From a virus (Duplodnaviria; Caudoviricetes), in the IMG/VR virus record IMGVR_UViG_3300032241_001154, positions 192 through 64,191 of that record: 64,000 nt of DNA. One strand, 5' to 3'. The notes beneath the pieces were generated by a model. It searched no databases. It saw nothing but the letters and a program-made list of their open reading frames with translations, and was not told the origin of the DNA. Positions 8,494 through 18,200 of this stretch are shown here, piece by piece (position 1 is the stretch's first letter; each line of letters opens with the position of its first letter). Position numbers and translations under genes: made by a program.

Positions 8494-9408
8494 CTACTCA
8501 GGAACTACGTCCTCGGTTGGCTCGTCCTCTTCGATGGTTGAGCACGAGGCGACCAACTCTTGGGCTTCCGACAGGCGGGCCTGCGTCAGGCTGTTCACCT
8601 TGGGCAGTCCGGCCTCGCCCCACGCCTTGGCGAGCGCACGACGCTGGGCTGGGGTCAGGGTGCGAATGCGTCCGTCGAGAACGTCACGCTCCGTGTCGGT
8701 GATGATGGGGTCACCCGACTTCAACCAAGTGTTGAAAATCTGAGCCGCTTCGGTTCCCTTGTTCGGGGCGAACACCTTGTCTGCGAGAGCCTCGCAACGT
8801 GTCTTGCCGATGATGGTGCGGTGGTCAGTGTCCATGTCCACGACGAGGGTGAACTCGTACTCGATGCCGTCACGCTGAATGGGAGCCATGCCGACCTTGC
8901 GTGGAGCGGTGCGACCATTGTCGCCCTTCTCCAACGTGTACTCCGTCTTGGAGCGCATCGTGCTGATGATGTGACCGTTGAAGTTGAGCAACGTGTCAAC
9001 CATGCGCTGCTGAATCGGCGTGCCGGTTTTCCATCCGGCAAATCCGTTGCCGCCAGCCTTCGAACCAGCCAAGTCCACAATCTCCAACAGGCCACCTGCG
9101 CCGTTGTAGAAGTGGGTGAGGCTGTCAATCACAACGACTGCGTAGCCTTCGCCCTCGGCAGCCTTCAGCACTTCGACCAAGCGGTCAGGGTGGTAGGGGG
9201 CGGACATTGACAACGTGTCGAAGTCGAATCGGTCTGCGTACAACTTGGCGCTGTCACGCTCCGTATCAATCACGGCAATCTTCCCACCGGCGGCAAGTTC
9301 CGTCGCCCACGCAAGTGCGCTGAACGTCTTACCCGAACCCGATGGGCCTGTCACTGCAATGCGAGCCTTGGCCTCAGCCTTAGTCGCCTTTGTAAATAAT
9401 GAACTCAC
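8494..9408 (-). CDS. AAA_24/Sak4-like ATPase (single-strand annealing recombinase)
   Basis: GPSGSGKT, VIDTE, VIDSLTH and QRDGIEYEF motifs. Confidence 0.8.
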   Translation of the reverse strand: MSSLFTKATKAEAKARIAVTGPSGSGKTFSALAWATELAAGGKIAVIDTERDSAKLYADRFDFDTLSMSAPYHPDRLVEVLKAAEGEGYAVVVIDSLTHFYNGAGGLLEIVDLAGSKAGGNGFAGWKTGTPIQQRMVDTLLNFNGHIISTMRSKTEYTLEKGDNGRTAPRKVGMAPIQRDGIEYEFTLVVDMDTDHRTIIGKTRCEALADKVFAPNKGTEAAQIFNTWLKSGDPIITDTERDVLDGRIRTLTPAQRRALAKAWGEAGLPKVNSLTQARLSEAQELVASCSTIEEDEPTEDVVPE

Positions 9409-9522
9409 TGGTTCACCTTTCTCTCTCTATTACTACACAACACAACACAAGGCCCTCATCTTATACGAAGGACTACACCCGTGTCCAGTCATCACCACAA
9501 AAAAGTTTCTGAAGTTATTGAC

Positions 9523-9551
9523 TTGCGTTTGTCACCCCCATGCTGTACCAT
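9523..9551 (+). promoter_or_regulatory. promoter, TGTCAC-spacer class
   Basis: TTGCGT-ttgtcacccccatgctg-TACCAT. Confidence 0.6.
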
Positions 9552-9593
9552 GGTTGAGTACCGATTTACCAACTGATTAGAAAGTGAGCAGAC

Positions 9594-9983
9594 ATGGCTG
9601 ATACCCAGAGCCTTTACCAGTTCGGTGTACTCAACGCCTTCCGTGGCATTGGCACCCCCAGCGTCTACGGCATCAACAACAACGGCATCATTACGGTTGA
9701 GGTTGAACTGAACGAGGCGAAGGCAAGCATCAACGGCTTCACCACGAAGGTGATGGCGAACGAAGCCATTGACCTCGCCCAGCGAGCCTGCGGTGCGTAC
9801 TCGTTGGTTGACGAGGACAAGCAGTTCGACTTCGTGGTGACGTTCCTCTCGATGCTCGTCTCGAAGTCCTACGTCCTTCAGGACGAGCCTCAGGACGATG
9901 GTGCTGATGCCATCGCTGAGCAGAACTACCTCGATGCCGACACCGAGGCGTGGCAGTTCGAGAAGGCAGGGGTGTCACTCTAA
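9594..9983 (+). CDS. hypothetical early protein
   Basis: 129 aa, strong GC3 codon bias, own promoter and RBS. Confidence 0.7.
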   Translation: MADTQSLYQFGVLNAFRGIGTPSVYGINNNGIITVEVELNEAKASINGFTTKVMANEAIDLAQRACGAYSLVDEDKQFDFVVTFLSMLVSKSYVLQDEPQDDGADAIAEQNYLDADTEAWQFEKAGVSL

Positions 9984-10351
9984 TGGGTCTGTCAATCTAC
10001 AACTCCATCACCGACCAGTGCGTCTGGTCATCGTCCTACAGTGGCTTCGGCAACTGGCGTGACGACCTTGCGAAGGCTGCCGACGTGGGCGACTGGCGCA
10101 CAACTGGCAACCCGACTGCCGATGAGGTGATGGGCTTCTGGGCGAACGCCCCCAAAGACCCACTATCGTTCGTGTTGCAGCACAGCGACTGCGACGGTTA
10201 CATTTTTCCTGACAACGCCGGACGACTTGAACGTCGCTTGCGTGGTTTGCTCGATGACCTTGCTGATAGCGAGTGGTTGGACGTGACCAAGGACTTCATC
10301 AAGGCGCTCGACGAGGCGTGCAATACCAAGGCAATCTTGGTGTTCAAGTAA
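9983..10351 (+). CDS. conserved-type phage hypothetical protein (HSDCDG motif)
   Basis: Start at ATG 9983 (TAATG overlap); YSGFGNWR...HSDCDG. Confidence 0.7.
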   Translation: MGLSIYNSITDQCVWSSSYSGFGNWRDDLAKAADVGDWRTTGNPTADEVMGFWANAPKDPLSFVLQHSDCDGYIFPDNAGRLERRLRGLLDDLADSEWLDVTKDFIKALDEACNTKAILVFK

Positions 10352-10366
10352 ATGTGAAGAAAAGAC

Positions 10367-10396
10367 TTGACATGTGTCACAGCCATGTGGCACAAT
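10367..10396 (+). promoter_or_regulatory. promoter, TGTCAC-spacer class
   Basis: TTGACA-tgtgtcacagccatgtgg-CACAAT; contains near-palindrome TGTGTCACA-GCCA-TGTGGCACA. Confidence 0.65.
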
Positions 10397-10435
10397 GAGT
10401 AGGTACAGATTTATCCAACTGATTAGGAGCACAGA

Positions 10436-11134
10436 ATGCGTTACCAGAGCCGATACAACCAAGCATCACCAAGCGAAGCCAACAACTGGGGCGTGCGTGG
10501 CACCTGCCGTTGCGGTGCAGCCGTGGTGACCGACTGCATCGGACGCAGTGCGTGCGATGAGTTCTGGGACGAGGTGCATGATGCCAAGCGTGCGTACCTC
10601 AACCCTGCGCCAGTGCAGAAGGTGTACGCCACCGAGAAGCAACTCGCCTACGCCAAGATGCTCATCACCACCGTCAAGGTTGAAGCGAAGCCTCGCAAGC
10701 GCACCTACGGTCTGACCGAAGAGCAGATTGCCATTCCGTACTACGAGGCTCCCATGACGTTCTCTCGTGTCTACTCCGTGCCCTTCGCCTCTTTCAAGAA
10801 GGAATGCAACGAGGTGCTCGAAGCGATTGCCAAGGGCGAGCGTATCGAGATGTACAAGGTCAGCGACATCATCAGCAACCTGAAGTGGTCGAAGCAGCAG
10901 GGCCGTGGCACCGAGAGCCTCGTGGACGTTGCTCCTAAGGCCGAGGCTCCTGCTGCCAACGTCGAGGCTCCCACGACGAAGCAGATTGGATTCATGAACG
11001 TCCTGCTGAAGAAGAAGGACGTGCCAACCGACCTGCTCGCTCAGGTCGAAGGTGCCAAGGCATCGAAGGCCAAGGCATCGAAGTTGATTGACGCACTGAC
11101 CAAGTGCGCCGACAAGGTGGCAGTAAGCGCTTAG
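10436..11134 (+). CDS. hypothetical early protein
   Basis: AGGAG RBS; N-terminal Cys cluster; two T-x-K-Q helical motifs (ATEKQLAY, PTTKQIGF). Confidence 0.7.
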   Translation: MRYQSRYNQASPSEANNWGVRGTCRCGAAVVTDCIGRSACDEFWDEVHDAKRAYLNPAPVQKVYATEKQLAYAKMLITTVKVEAKPRKRTYGLTEEQIAIPYYEAPMTFSRVYSVPFASFKKECNEVLEAIAKGERIEMYKVSDIISNLKWSKQQGRGTESLVDVAPKAEAPAANVEAPTTKQIGFMNVLLKKKDVPTDLLAQVEGAKASKAKASKLIDALTKCADKVAVSA

Positions 11135-11164
11135 TTGCGCCGTGTCACACCCATGCAGTACCGT
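11135..11164 (+). promoter_or_regulatory. promoter, TGTCAC-spacer class
   Basis: TTGCGC-cgtgtcacacccatgcag-TACCGT. Confidence 0.5.
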
Positions 11165-11204
11165 AGTAATGCAGTATCCCAACTAAGAGAAAGTGTCCAC
11201 TGAC

Positions 11205-11849
11205 ATGACGGCAGAAGCCACCGCAGTATCGGCAGTACCCGAAGTATCCGTATCCAACCTTGGTGAAGGCATGTCCCTCGCTGACTGGCTCATCACCGAT
11301 GGGCAGCCCGACACGCTCGTCGGTTTCGAGAGCGCCGAAGGCGAGCAGGCTCAGGCTTACGCCATCACCACTGACGACGAGGCTCTGTGGGCCATGCGTC
11401 GCCTCGCTCAGGCTCAGCGTCACATTGACAAGGTGAAGGCTCAGGCTCAGGCTGAGGTTGACCGCATCAACCGCTGGGTCGAAGCGTCCACCACTGGCAA
11501 CGTCCGCCTCATCGAGAAGTTTGACCGCTTGCTGGGCGACTACCTCATGGTCGTCCGTGAGGACGAGGCCGATGGGCGCAAGAAGTTGGAGTTCCCCGAC
11601 GGCACGGTGTCGAGCCGTATGACCCCACCAAAGGTCGCCGTAGAGGACGTAGAAGCGTTCCTCGCTTGGGCTGAAGCCAACGGCAAGACCGAGTGGGTTC
11701 GTGTCAAGCGTGAGGCCGACGTAGCGACCATCAAGAAGGTCGTGGACTACAACGGCAACGATGTCATTGACCCCATCACTGGTGTCACCGTCGCTGGTCT
11801 GTCGCACACCGAGGGTGGCGTGTCCATCACGGTGAAGGTGACCGACTAG
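11205..11849 (+). CDS. Mu Gam-like host-nuclease inhibitor / DNA-end protection protein
   Basis: ITTDDEALWAMRRL coiled coil, KKLEFPDGTVSSR, VRVKREAD...KK, G..V.G. Confidence 0.7.
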   Translation: MTAEATAVSAVPEVSVSNLGEGMSLADWLITDGQPDTLVGFESAEGEQAQAYAITTDDEALWAMRRLAQAQRHIDKVKAQAQAEVDRINRWVEASTTGNVRLIEKFDRLLGDYLMVVREDEADGRKKLEFPDGTVSSRMTPPKVAVEDVEAFLAWAEANGKTEWVRVKREADVATIKKVVDYNGNDVIDPITGVTVAGLSHTEGGVSITVKVTD

Positions 11850-11857
11850 CCAAAGTT

Positions 11858-11988
11858 TCGTGGTGGGCGCAGCGAACTGTCCAACTCGGTCGTACCAGCG
11901 AGTTGCGTCCGCCACGATTTTCGCCACGGTGGGTGGGGCGAACTAACCAATCGGTTCGTTATCCGCTACGTCTCACCTGCCGTGCGAA
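11858..11988 (+). ncRNA. tandem pair of structured RNA units of unknown family
   Basis: Two long stems rich in G-U pairs (11858-11917, 11920-11988) with near-identical loop sequences. Confidence 0.45.
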
Positions 11989-11993
11989 TAAGA

Positions 11994-12034
11994 CGATGCC
12001 CCTAGGTTTGGAATCACCAGACCTAGGGGCATCG
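11994..12034. terminator. hairpin terminator between convergent transcription units
   Basis: CGATGCCCCTAGGT..ACCTAGGGGCATCG perfect 14-bp arms. Confidence 0.75.
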
Positions 12035-12052
12035 CTATGTTGTGATGCGGAT

Positions 12053-12376
12053 TTAGTTCGTGGTAGGCGTGGTCGTCGCAGCAGGCGTGTTCAACGTTGC
12101 CGAGGTGACACCGATTGACGCAACCGGCTTTGTAGCCTTCACGCCAAGCAGCCGACCAAACTCAGGAACCTTCGTCTCCAAGTAGCGGATGATGATGAAG
12201 TAGCCCGACGACACGAAGGGGAAGATGCGCTGGTACGCCTCTGCCGTGGTCAGATGGAAGCCAGCCTTGGCTCCGAGGGTGATGAACCAGCCCACGAGGA
12301 CTGGGGTGATGAAGCGGACAATCTCGTTGCCGTACTCGTCAACGACTGCGTTACCGCTTGTCTCTGGTGTTGCCAT
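12053..12376 (-). CDS. holin-like membrane protein
   Basis: 107 aa, two hydrophobic segments, IRYLE...P.FGRLLG ending typical of actinophage holins. Confidence 0.65.
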   Translation of the reverse strand: MATPETSGNAVVDEYGNEIVRFITPVLVGWFITLGAKAGFHLTTAEAYQRIFPFVSSGYFIIIRYLETKVPEFGRLLGVKATKPVASIGVTSATLNTPAATTTPTTN

Positions 12377-12683
12377 TGCCTGTCTCCTTTGAGAGCATTA
12401 GTGGTAGGTGCACCTCGGCCTCTGTACGATGCCAGTCGAGATGCCTTTCCACCTTATCCTCAATGGTGTCGAACCGCAAGTCCATACGGGCGAAGTTCGT
12501 GTCAATGCGCTCAAATCGTAGCGTCTGCTGCTCAATCAGGTTGTCTATTTTGTGGTCAATCTTGTCTGAATCTTTGTGGTTCTGCTTGCCATTCCTGTGC
12601 GCTCCGTACCATGCGGCGGCAGCAGTCAACGTCGCTGGGATGGCGCTGATGAGGGCTGCGGTGACGTAGGGATTGGACGGCAT
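12351..12683 (-). CDS. single-TM coiled-coil lysis-cassette protein
   Basis: N-terminal TM, heptad repeat, ERHLDWH end; upstream of the holin. Confidence 0.55.
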   Translation of the reverse strand: MPSNPYVTAALISAIPATLTAAAAWYGAHRNGKQNHKDSDKIDHKIDNLIEQQTLRFERIDTNFARMDLRFDTIEDKVERHLDWHRTEAEVHLPLMLSKETGNGNTRDKR

Positions 12684-12733
12684 ACCTTGATTCTAAATCA
12701 CGGTTTCCAAATCTCAGAATAATCAACCGTGCT

Positions 12734-13558
12734 TTATGCGCTCGGCCCCATGTCGTAGATGGTGAACTGCACGTTGTTGGGCGAGTTGAACTGCACCCCA
12801 GGGGCGTAGGCCGTATTGGAAGCGGCGGTGGAAACGCCGAGTTGCCATGTGAACGTGTTGTTCGGATACTTCGTTGCCCACTGACCCTTGGTCAATGCCG
12901 TGGCTGGTTCGTCTGACGCAATGATGCTGCCGTTTGTGGTGGTGATGCCATTCGTCGAGCCGCCGCTTCCAAAAGACATCCACCCCGTCACGGGCGCATA
13001 GACCGCCAGTGAAACCGTCGGACTGTACGAGGCCACACCAAGGCTCACGGTGTACGTCGCCGTCACCTCGGCCTTGTACAACCGATTGGGCAGCACGGGG
13101 GCCACCAACGATGCGCCAGTTACCGTGAAGTAACCGCCAGAGGTTTTCACTGTGTTGATGCCTTGAAAACCAAGTGGTTTCGCCGCCGTTCCAATACTCA
13201 GCGTTTGATGGGCGACCACTGAAATCGCTCCACCGATTTTCGTTGTGATTTGCGTTCCGGCGATTTGCTTGATGCTTCCCGACAGTGAACCGAGAACGTA
13301 TGCGTCTGTTCCCGTTTGCGTAACAATGACCATTTCACCAAGGGTCGGCGTGTAGTGAGAGGCGAAGCGGCAGCCTGGGGTGGGGACATCGGAGCCAGCG
13401 AGGTAAACACTTACCGCTGGGTAAGTGCCGCCATCACCATCATCGAATGCTGGGTCGTAGCCTGCAATGGTTGCCATGCGTTGAACATCCACGGGGGGCA
13501 GAGCATCTTGACCATTTTGCGTTAGGTGGCGAACGAGGTCGGAGTAGTCGAAGGGCAT
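12734..13558 (-). CDS. minor tail protein
   Basis: N-terminal OB-like YTPTLGEMVIV...YVLG motif; last gene of the tail block. Confidence 0.6.
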   Translation of the reverse strand: MPFDYSDLVRHLTQNGQDALPPVDVQRMATIAGYDPAFDDGDGGTYPAVSVYLAGSDVPTPGCRFASHYTPTLGEMVIVTQTGTDAYVLGSLSGSIKQIAGTQITTKIGGAISVVAHQTLSIGTAAKPLGFQGINTVKTSGGYFTVTGASLVAPVLPNRLYKAEVTATYTVSLGVASYSPTVSLAVYAPVTGWMSFGSGGSTNGITTTNGSIIASDEPATALTKGQWATKYPNNTFTWQLGVSTAASNTAYAPGVQFNSPNNVQFTIYDMGPSA

Positions 13559-13569
13559 GGTGAGGTACT

Positions 13570-15231
13570 TTAGGCGTTGTTCGGGTTGTCCTGTGCATAC
13601 TCGGAGATGCGGATGGCATCCTTGCGAGTACCCGTGCGGCGCTCACGAGCAGTAATGCTCAGGGCGGTCGTCAAGTCCAGTGGAATAACCAACTTATCAA
13701 TGTAGTAGTTGACTGCGCCGCCGTTGGAAATCACCTTGGGGTCGTTGATGTTGGTGGCGGCAAGGAAGTCAGACGACGGCGTAAAGGGTTCCACCTCAAT
13801 GGTTTTGTCGCCAGTCCGTGCAGGGTGCGCAAGCGTGATGTTCTGCGTTATGTAGTCCGTGTAAATCAACAACTGCTCACCTTTGGCGATGTCTTTGAGC
13901 AGCGGCTCGACACGCAGGGTGGTGTACGTCTTGGTGCGGAAGATGTTGGCAGAGAGAACGGCTACTGTTGCCGCATCATCGTAAACGCCAAGGCGCTTGC
14001 GTCGAACGCCAACCACGTCGTTCACGTCTAGGGCTGGGTTCACCACGCCTTCAATCGTCAGTGCTTCATTACCGCCCGTGAACCACGACAAGAACGTCTC
14101 GGCGGCGTTCTGTACCTGTGCTTGGGTTTTCAGCAACTTGCGGCCTGGCTCATAACCGACGACACGTCCGAAGGTGCCAAGGTAGTTGGTTGGTGAGGTT
14201 GGGTCATCGTCAACGGCAATGGCTCGTAATGGGGTTTTGGCGCTGGTGGCCTCACCTGTGGCGATGACGTAGTTGACGGTCTTGCTGTCAGAAAGAACAC
14301 GGCTGACGTTGGTGAGAAGGCCGCCCTGACCATTGCTGTCCCCGTCGAGAAAGTTCCACACGGGCGCAACTGCGTTTGGGTCTGGGATGGCGAGGATTTG
14401 GAACTTGCCGTCCGCATTGACGAATAGTTCACCACGCCCACCGCCGAGTGATGCCGCCAAGCCGGAGATGTCAGTCCATGGCGAGTTGGAGCCAGAGTTA
14501 GAAACATTGGTCGAACCCATGATGATGGGCGACGTGATTTTTGCGTCTTGTACGCCACTGAAATCAAACTCCGGTGGGCCAAAGACGCCTGGGTGGGTGG
14601 GCCAGCGGTCATTGATAAGAATCTTGATGGCTTCGGTGATGGTGCTGGCGATGTAGTTGCGCTCTTTGGTGGTGTCACTCTTTGCCACTGGGACGCTGTA
14701 CGCCTTTGTGTACACAGTGGTCGGGTTTGTCCAGTGGTTCAGCCCGATGTTGTTCGATACGTCCGTTCCTGCCACTTCGATGGAAACGTCGCCGTCGGTA
14801 TCTTCAGCAATGGTGACCGTGTTGATTCGGAAAACGCCGATTGGAACCAACTCGTATGCGCCGTTGTCGGGGCGCAGCCACTTGTCGTCCAGCGGAGCCG
14901 GTGCGGTGTACAAGCCTTGGTCAATCTCTTCTAGGTTCCACACAACACCTCGATAGGCGTAGATGTGGTTACCGTAAATGTTGAGTGGGTCACTGTCCTT
15001 GTGGGGAATCAGGTTGGTGATTGAGCCGTCGGGGTTCGTGATGTATGGCAGGTTGGTAGTGAAATCTATGGAGCGACGGAACTGAGCAGACGTTCGGTCT
15101 ACCGTTACGGTTCCACTGACGACAGGAATAGTGGTCGTGGTGCCGTCAATACTGAGCGCCTTGACAATCACCATCGCTCGATTGGGCGCTTTCATAGCGT
15201 CCATGAACTTTTGTGTGGCTTTAGCGTACAT
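13570..15231 (-). CDS. minor tail / hub protein
   Basis: VVSGTVTVDRTS..RR, ELVPIGVF, NPALDVNDVV patterns of actinophage minor tail proteins. Confidence 0.7.
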   Translation of the reverse strand: MYAKATQKFMDAMKAPNRAMVIVKALSIDGTTTTIPVVSGTVTVDRTSAQFRRSIDFTTNLPYITNPDGSITNLIPHKDSDPLNIYGNHIYAYRGVVWNLEEIDQGLYTAPAPLDDKWLRPDNGAYELVPIGVFRINTVTIAEDTDGDVSIEVAGTDVSNNIGLNHWTNPTTVYTKAYSVPVAKSDTTKERNYIASTITEAIKILINDRWPTHPGVFGPPEFDFSGVQDAKITSPIIMGSTNVSNSGSNSPWTDISGLAASLGGGRGELFVNADGKFQILAIPDPNAVAPVWNFLDGDSNGQGGLLTNVSRVLSDSKTVNYVIATGEATSAKTPLRAIAVDDDPTSPTNYLGTFGRVVGYEPGRKLLKTQAQVQNAAETFLSWFTGGNEALTIEGVVNPALDVNDVVGVRRKRLGVYDDAATVAVLSANIFRTKTYTTLRVEPLLKDIAKGEQLLIYTDYITQNITLAHPARTGDKTIEVEPFTPSSDFLAATNINDPKVISNGGAVNYYIDKLVIPLDLTTALSITARERRTGTRKDAIRISEYAQDNPNNA

Positions 15232-15233
15232 AG

Positions 15234-18200
15234 TTAGGAACCATAAGTGTATCCAAAACCGTTCGGCGGTGGTGCCTCGACGTAGGTGATAGCCACGTCA
15301 CGGTAGGGCGACGCAGCGGCGTTGTGGGTAACCGTAACGTCGTCGCTGATTTGGATGTACTTCTTATTTCCCTCGACGGGGTTGGTAAGCACGAGTGTTT
15401 CACCAAGGTTGAGTAGGGCGACGAAGTTCTCCCAGTTGGCGTTATCAGTCCACTTGACGGTGATTTGCGCATCTCGACCTTGAACGACGCCTGGGATGAC
15501 GATGGGGCGGCTGGAACCGAGCGGATAGAAAACGCCGACTGGGTGTTTCTGCGTCTCTTGGTAGGCGTTCTGCACAAGGATGGGGAAGCGACGGTCTGGG
15601 TCAGACGAACTGGCAATCCACCACTGGTTGAGCGTCATCGCCGGTGCAATCACGTTTGACGACACACCCTTGACGAGGTTGCCGTGTTCGTCAGAGAACG
15701 ATGGTGTAATCCGGTATCCCGTAGCGACATTTGGAACAATCTCAACGTCGTAGAAGATTCCCGTGCCATTCACCGTGCCAACGCCACGCCCGTCAGCCAC
15801 CACAATGTCGCCGCCGAGTGCGGTGTTGTAGGTGTTTCCACCATCGTCACTGCGTTCAATCTTGTAACGGTACGAGGTGTTCGGCGTGTTGACGTAGCCG
15901 TCGTTGTTCCAGTTGAAAACGGCAACCGGCGTGCCTTGCGCTTGGTTGTTGATGAAGTGACCGGCGATTCGTGTGGTCTGCGCCGTCACGGGAGTGTCAA
16001 CTGGGTGCGCAAAGCCGAGCGGGTCGGTCAGTGGAATCCTTGGCGTTCCGTCCCAGCCCGTCGTGATGATGGCGGTTTCGTAAGTCGCATCGGTGCCGTT
16101 ACCGATGAACACTTCCGTCCCTGCGCCCAAGCCAACGGGGTTGTCAACAGTGATGTATGTGTCGCCTGCGCTTGCTTGAGACTTCAAGAACGTCACTCGC
16201 CCCGTTTCACCAGCGCCAAAGTGGATTTCTCGGCTGCCGTTGTCAGCGGTGGGGTCGAACAGGTAGATGCTGTTTGCACCAGCCGTCGGCGTGGTTGAGG
16301 GGATTGAGAATGAACTGTCGGCGTTGACGGCGGTTGTGGTTGAGACGTAAACGGATGCAGAAAGAGATGGCATCTGCGTGTTGAGCGTCGTGTACGAACT
16401 CGTTGGCTTGTACGGGGTCATCGCCTTGAACTGCAATCCGCAGAAGGAGATGAAGTCCCTGTAGGTGAGGTTACTCACGTTGATGCGTGGTGCTGCCCGT
16501 GTTGCTGAAATCGTTACCGATACGCCCGTAGTGCCACTGGCAGGTGCGCCGCCGAAGGGGAACTTCAGCGACAGAACATTTGCGCTGTATGGCGACTGCG
16601 AGGTTAGGACTGCAATGACATTGTTTACCAGCAAGTAAGTGCCGGTAGTCAAGGCCGGAGCAGGCGTTCCGCCCGTCCAGTTGAGCGTTCCTGTCGAACC
16701 GTCGTTAGCAAGGTACGTTGCGTTTGTGGTGAAAACAATCGTCGGGGCAATGGCTGTGATTGCGTTTGGCGACCAACCGGCATTTGTGGTGTTTTCTACG
16801 CCGATTGGAACGGCAAGGTTCACTAGGGTCTGGGTGACCGCAACGGAACCAGAAGAAGTGGCCTTGCGTGACATGGTGACGGTTTGGGCGGTGTACGAGA
16901 ACGCAGTGACGTAGGTGTAGGCAGGAATGCCCGTGCCCGAAATCTTTGCTCCAACTACAAGGTTCTTTGTTGCTGAAACGCCAGTGAGCAAGTTGGAGCC
17001 GGATGTGGAGTTTGCAGTCCATGTTTGAGTATTGGAAACGCCAGCGTTGATGACACTGAGCGAGCCGTCGGCGGTTGAGATGAGGTTGCCCAACTCGTCG
17101 TACCAGTCAATGAGCAGTGAAAACCATGCCGTTGTATTGCCGCAGGCCAATGCTTTGCCGATAGCCGAGAACCCGTAGGTCACGCCCGTGTTGACGGGGA
17201 TGGAGTTTTGATTCGTGTACGGCGGTGGGGTGTAGATGGTTACGTCCGACAGGCTGTCGCCAACCGCCGCTGTGTTCGAGCAGTACAGGCTAAGCGTGGC
17301 TTCACCATTCACTGGGGTGTTGTACAACTTTACAGACGTGTGTCGCAGGTAGTCGTACTTGGGGACGATTGGGACGATTGGAATGGTCTGTACCGGCAAG
17401 GGAACGGTGCCGGTACCGGAGTAGGTTGCTGAAATAATCGTCGAGGAAGGCGGATGGAAAATCACGCCGTCAGCGATGAAGTACGTTGTGGTCGTGTTGT
17501 TTGGCTGCGTTCCCTGCGTGCTGCTTCCCAAGAAGAGTGCCGTGTACCCGTTGTAGGTTCCTGAGGTGATAGGGACGGTGCTCGTTACCGTGGTTCCAAG
17601 TGGAAGGCCATTCATTACCACCGAGTAACCCGTGGTAACGCCGCCGAGTGATGCCGTCGGAATGGCAAGGGCGTTGAAGATTCCACCATTGGTTGTTCCG
17701 TTGGTCGTCAAGGGTGTGAAGGTAGAGGTTCCAAATCCCAAGACTGCCGAGGTGAAGCCAATCGGTTCTGCCGACGGGTTGTAGTCAACCAAGAAGTCTT
17801 GGAAGTCGTCAACCGTGCGCAACGCCGAGTGCTTTGTGTACGCCGTGGACGAGGATACCGTCGAGTAAGTCGGGTTGATGGCTGGGATGTAGTGCGAGTT
17901 TGCAACACGGACGGTTTCACCAACCGCAAGGTTTAGGCCCTTGATACTCGTCAACGATTCGGTAAGCGTTACCGTCAACGGCTGAACTGAAGGGAGCGAC
18001 TGCGCAGGGATTTTTACTGAAACGGTTGCGCCTTTAGGAATGAAAAAGTATCCGGCAGCATTCTTCAGGTTGAACGTTCCGGCGCTTGCGGCTGGCCTGA
18101 TTAGTAGTGCTGGTAGCCCATGGCAGGTGTTGCCCAGACCGGCTTGGGCCAAGGTGAACGTGCACGAGTACTTTCCATTTCGGTTCCAGTTGGATTGGCC

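Noticed and set aside
10466-11927. Long minus-strand ORFs (238 and 260 aa)
   Set aside because: Shadows of strongly codon-biased plus-strand genes that have promoters and RBSs
11858-11992. tRNA gene or HDV-like ribozyme
   Set aside because: No cloverleaf or anticodon arm; the nested double pseudoknot could not be built, and simple long stems explain the pairing
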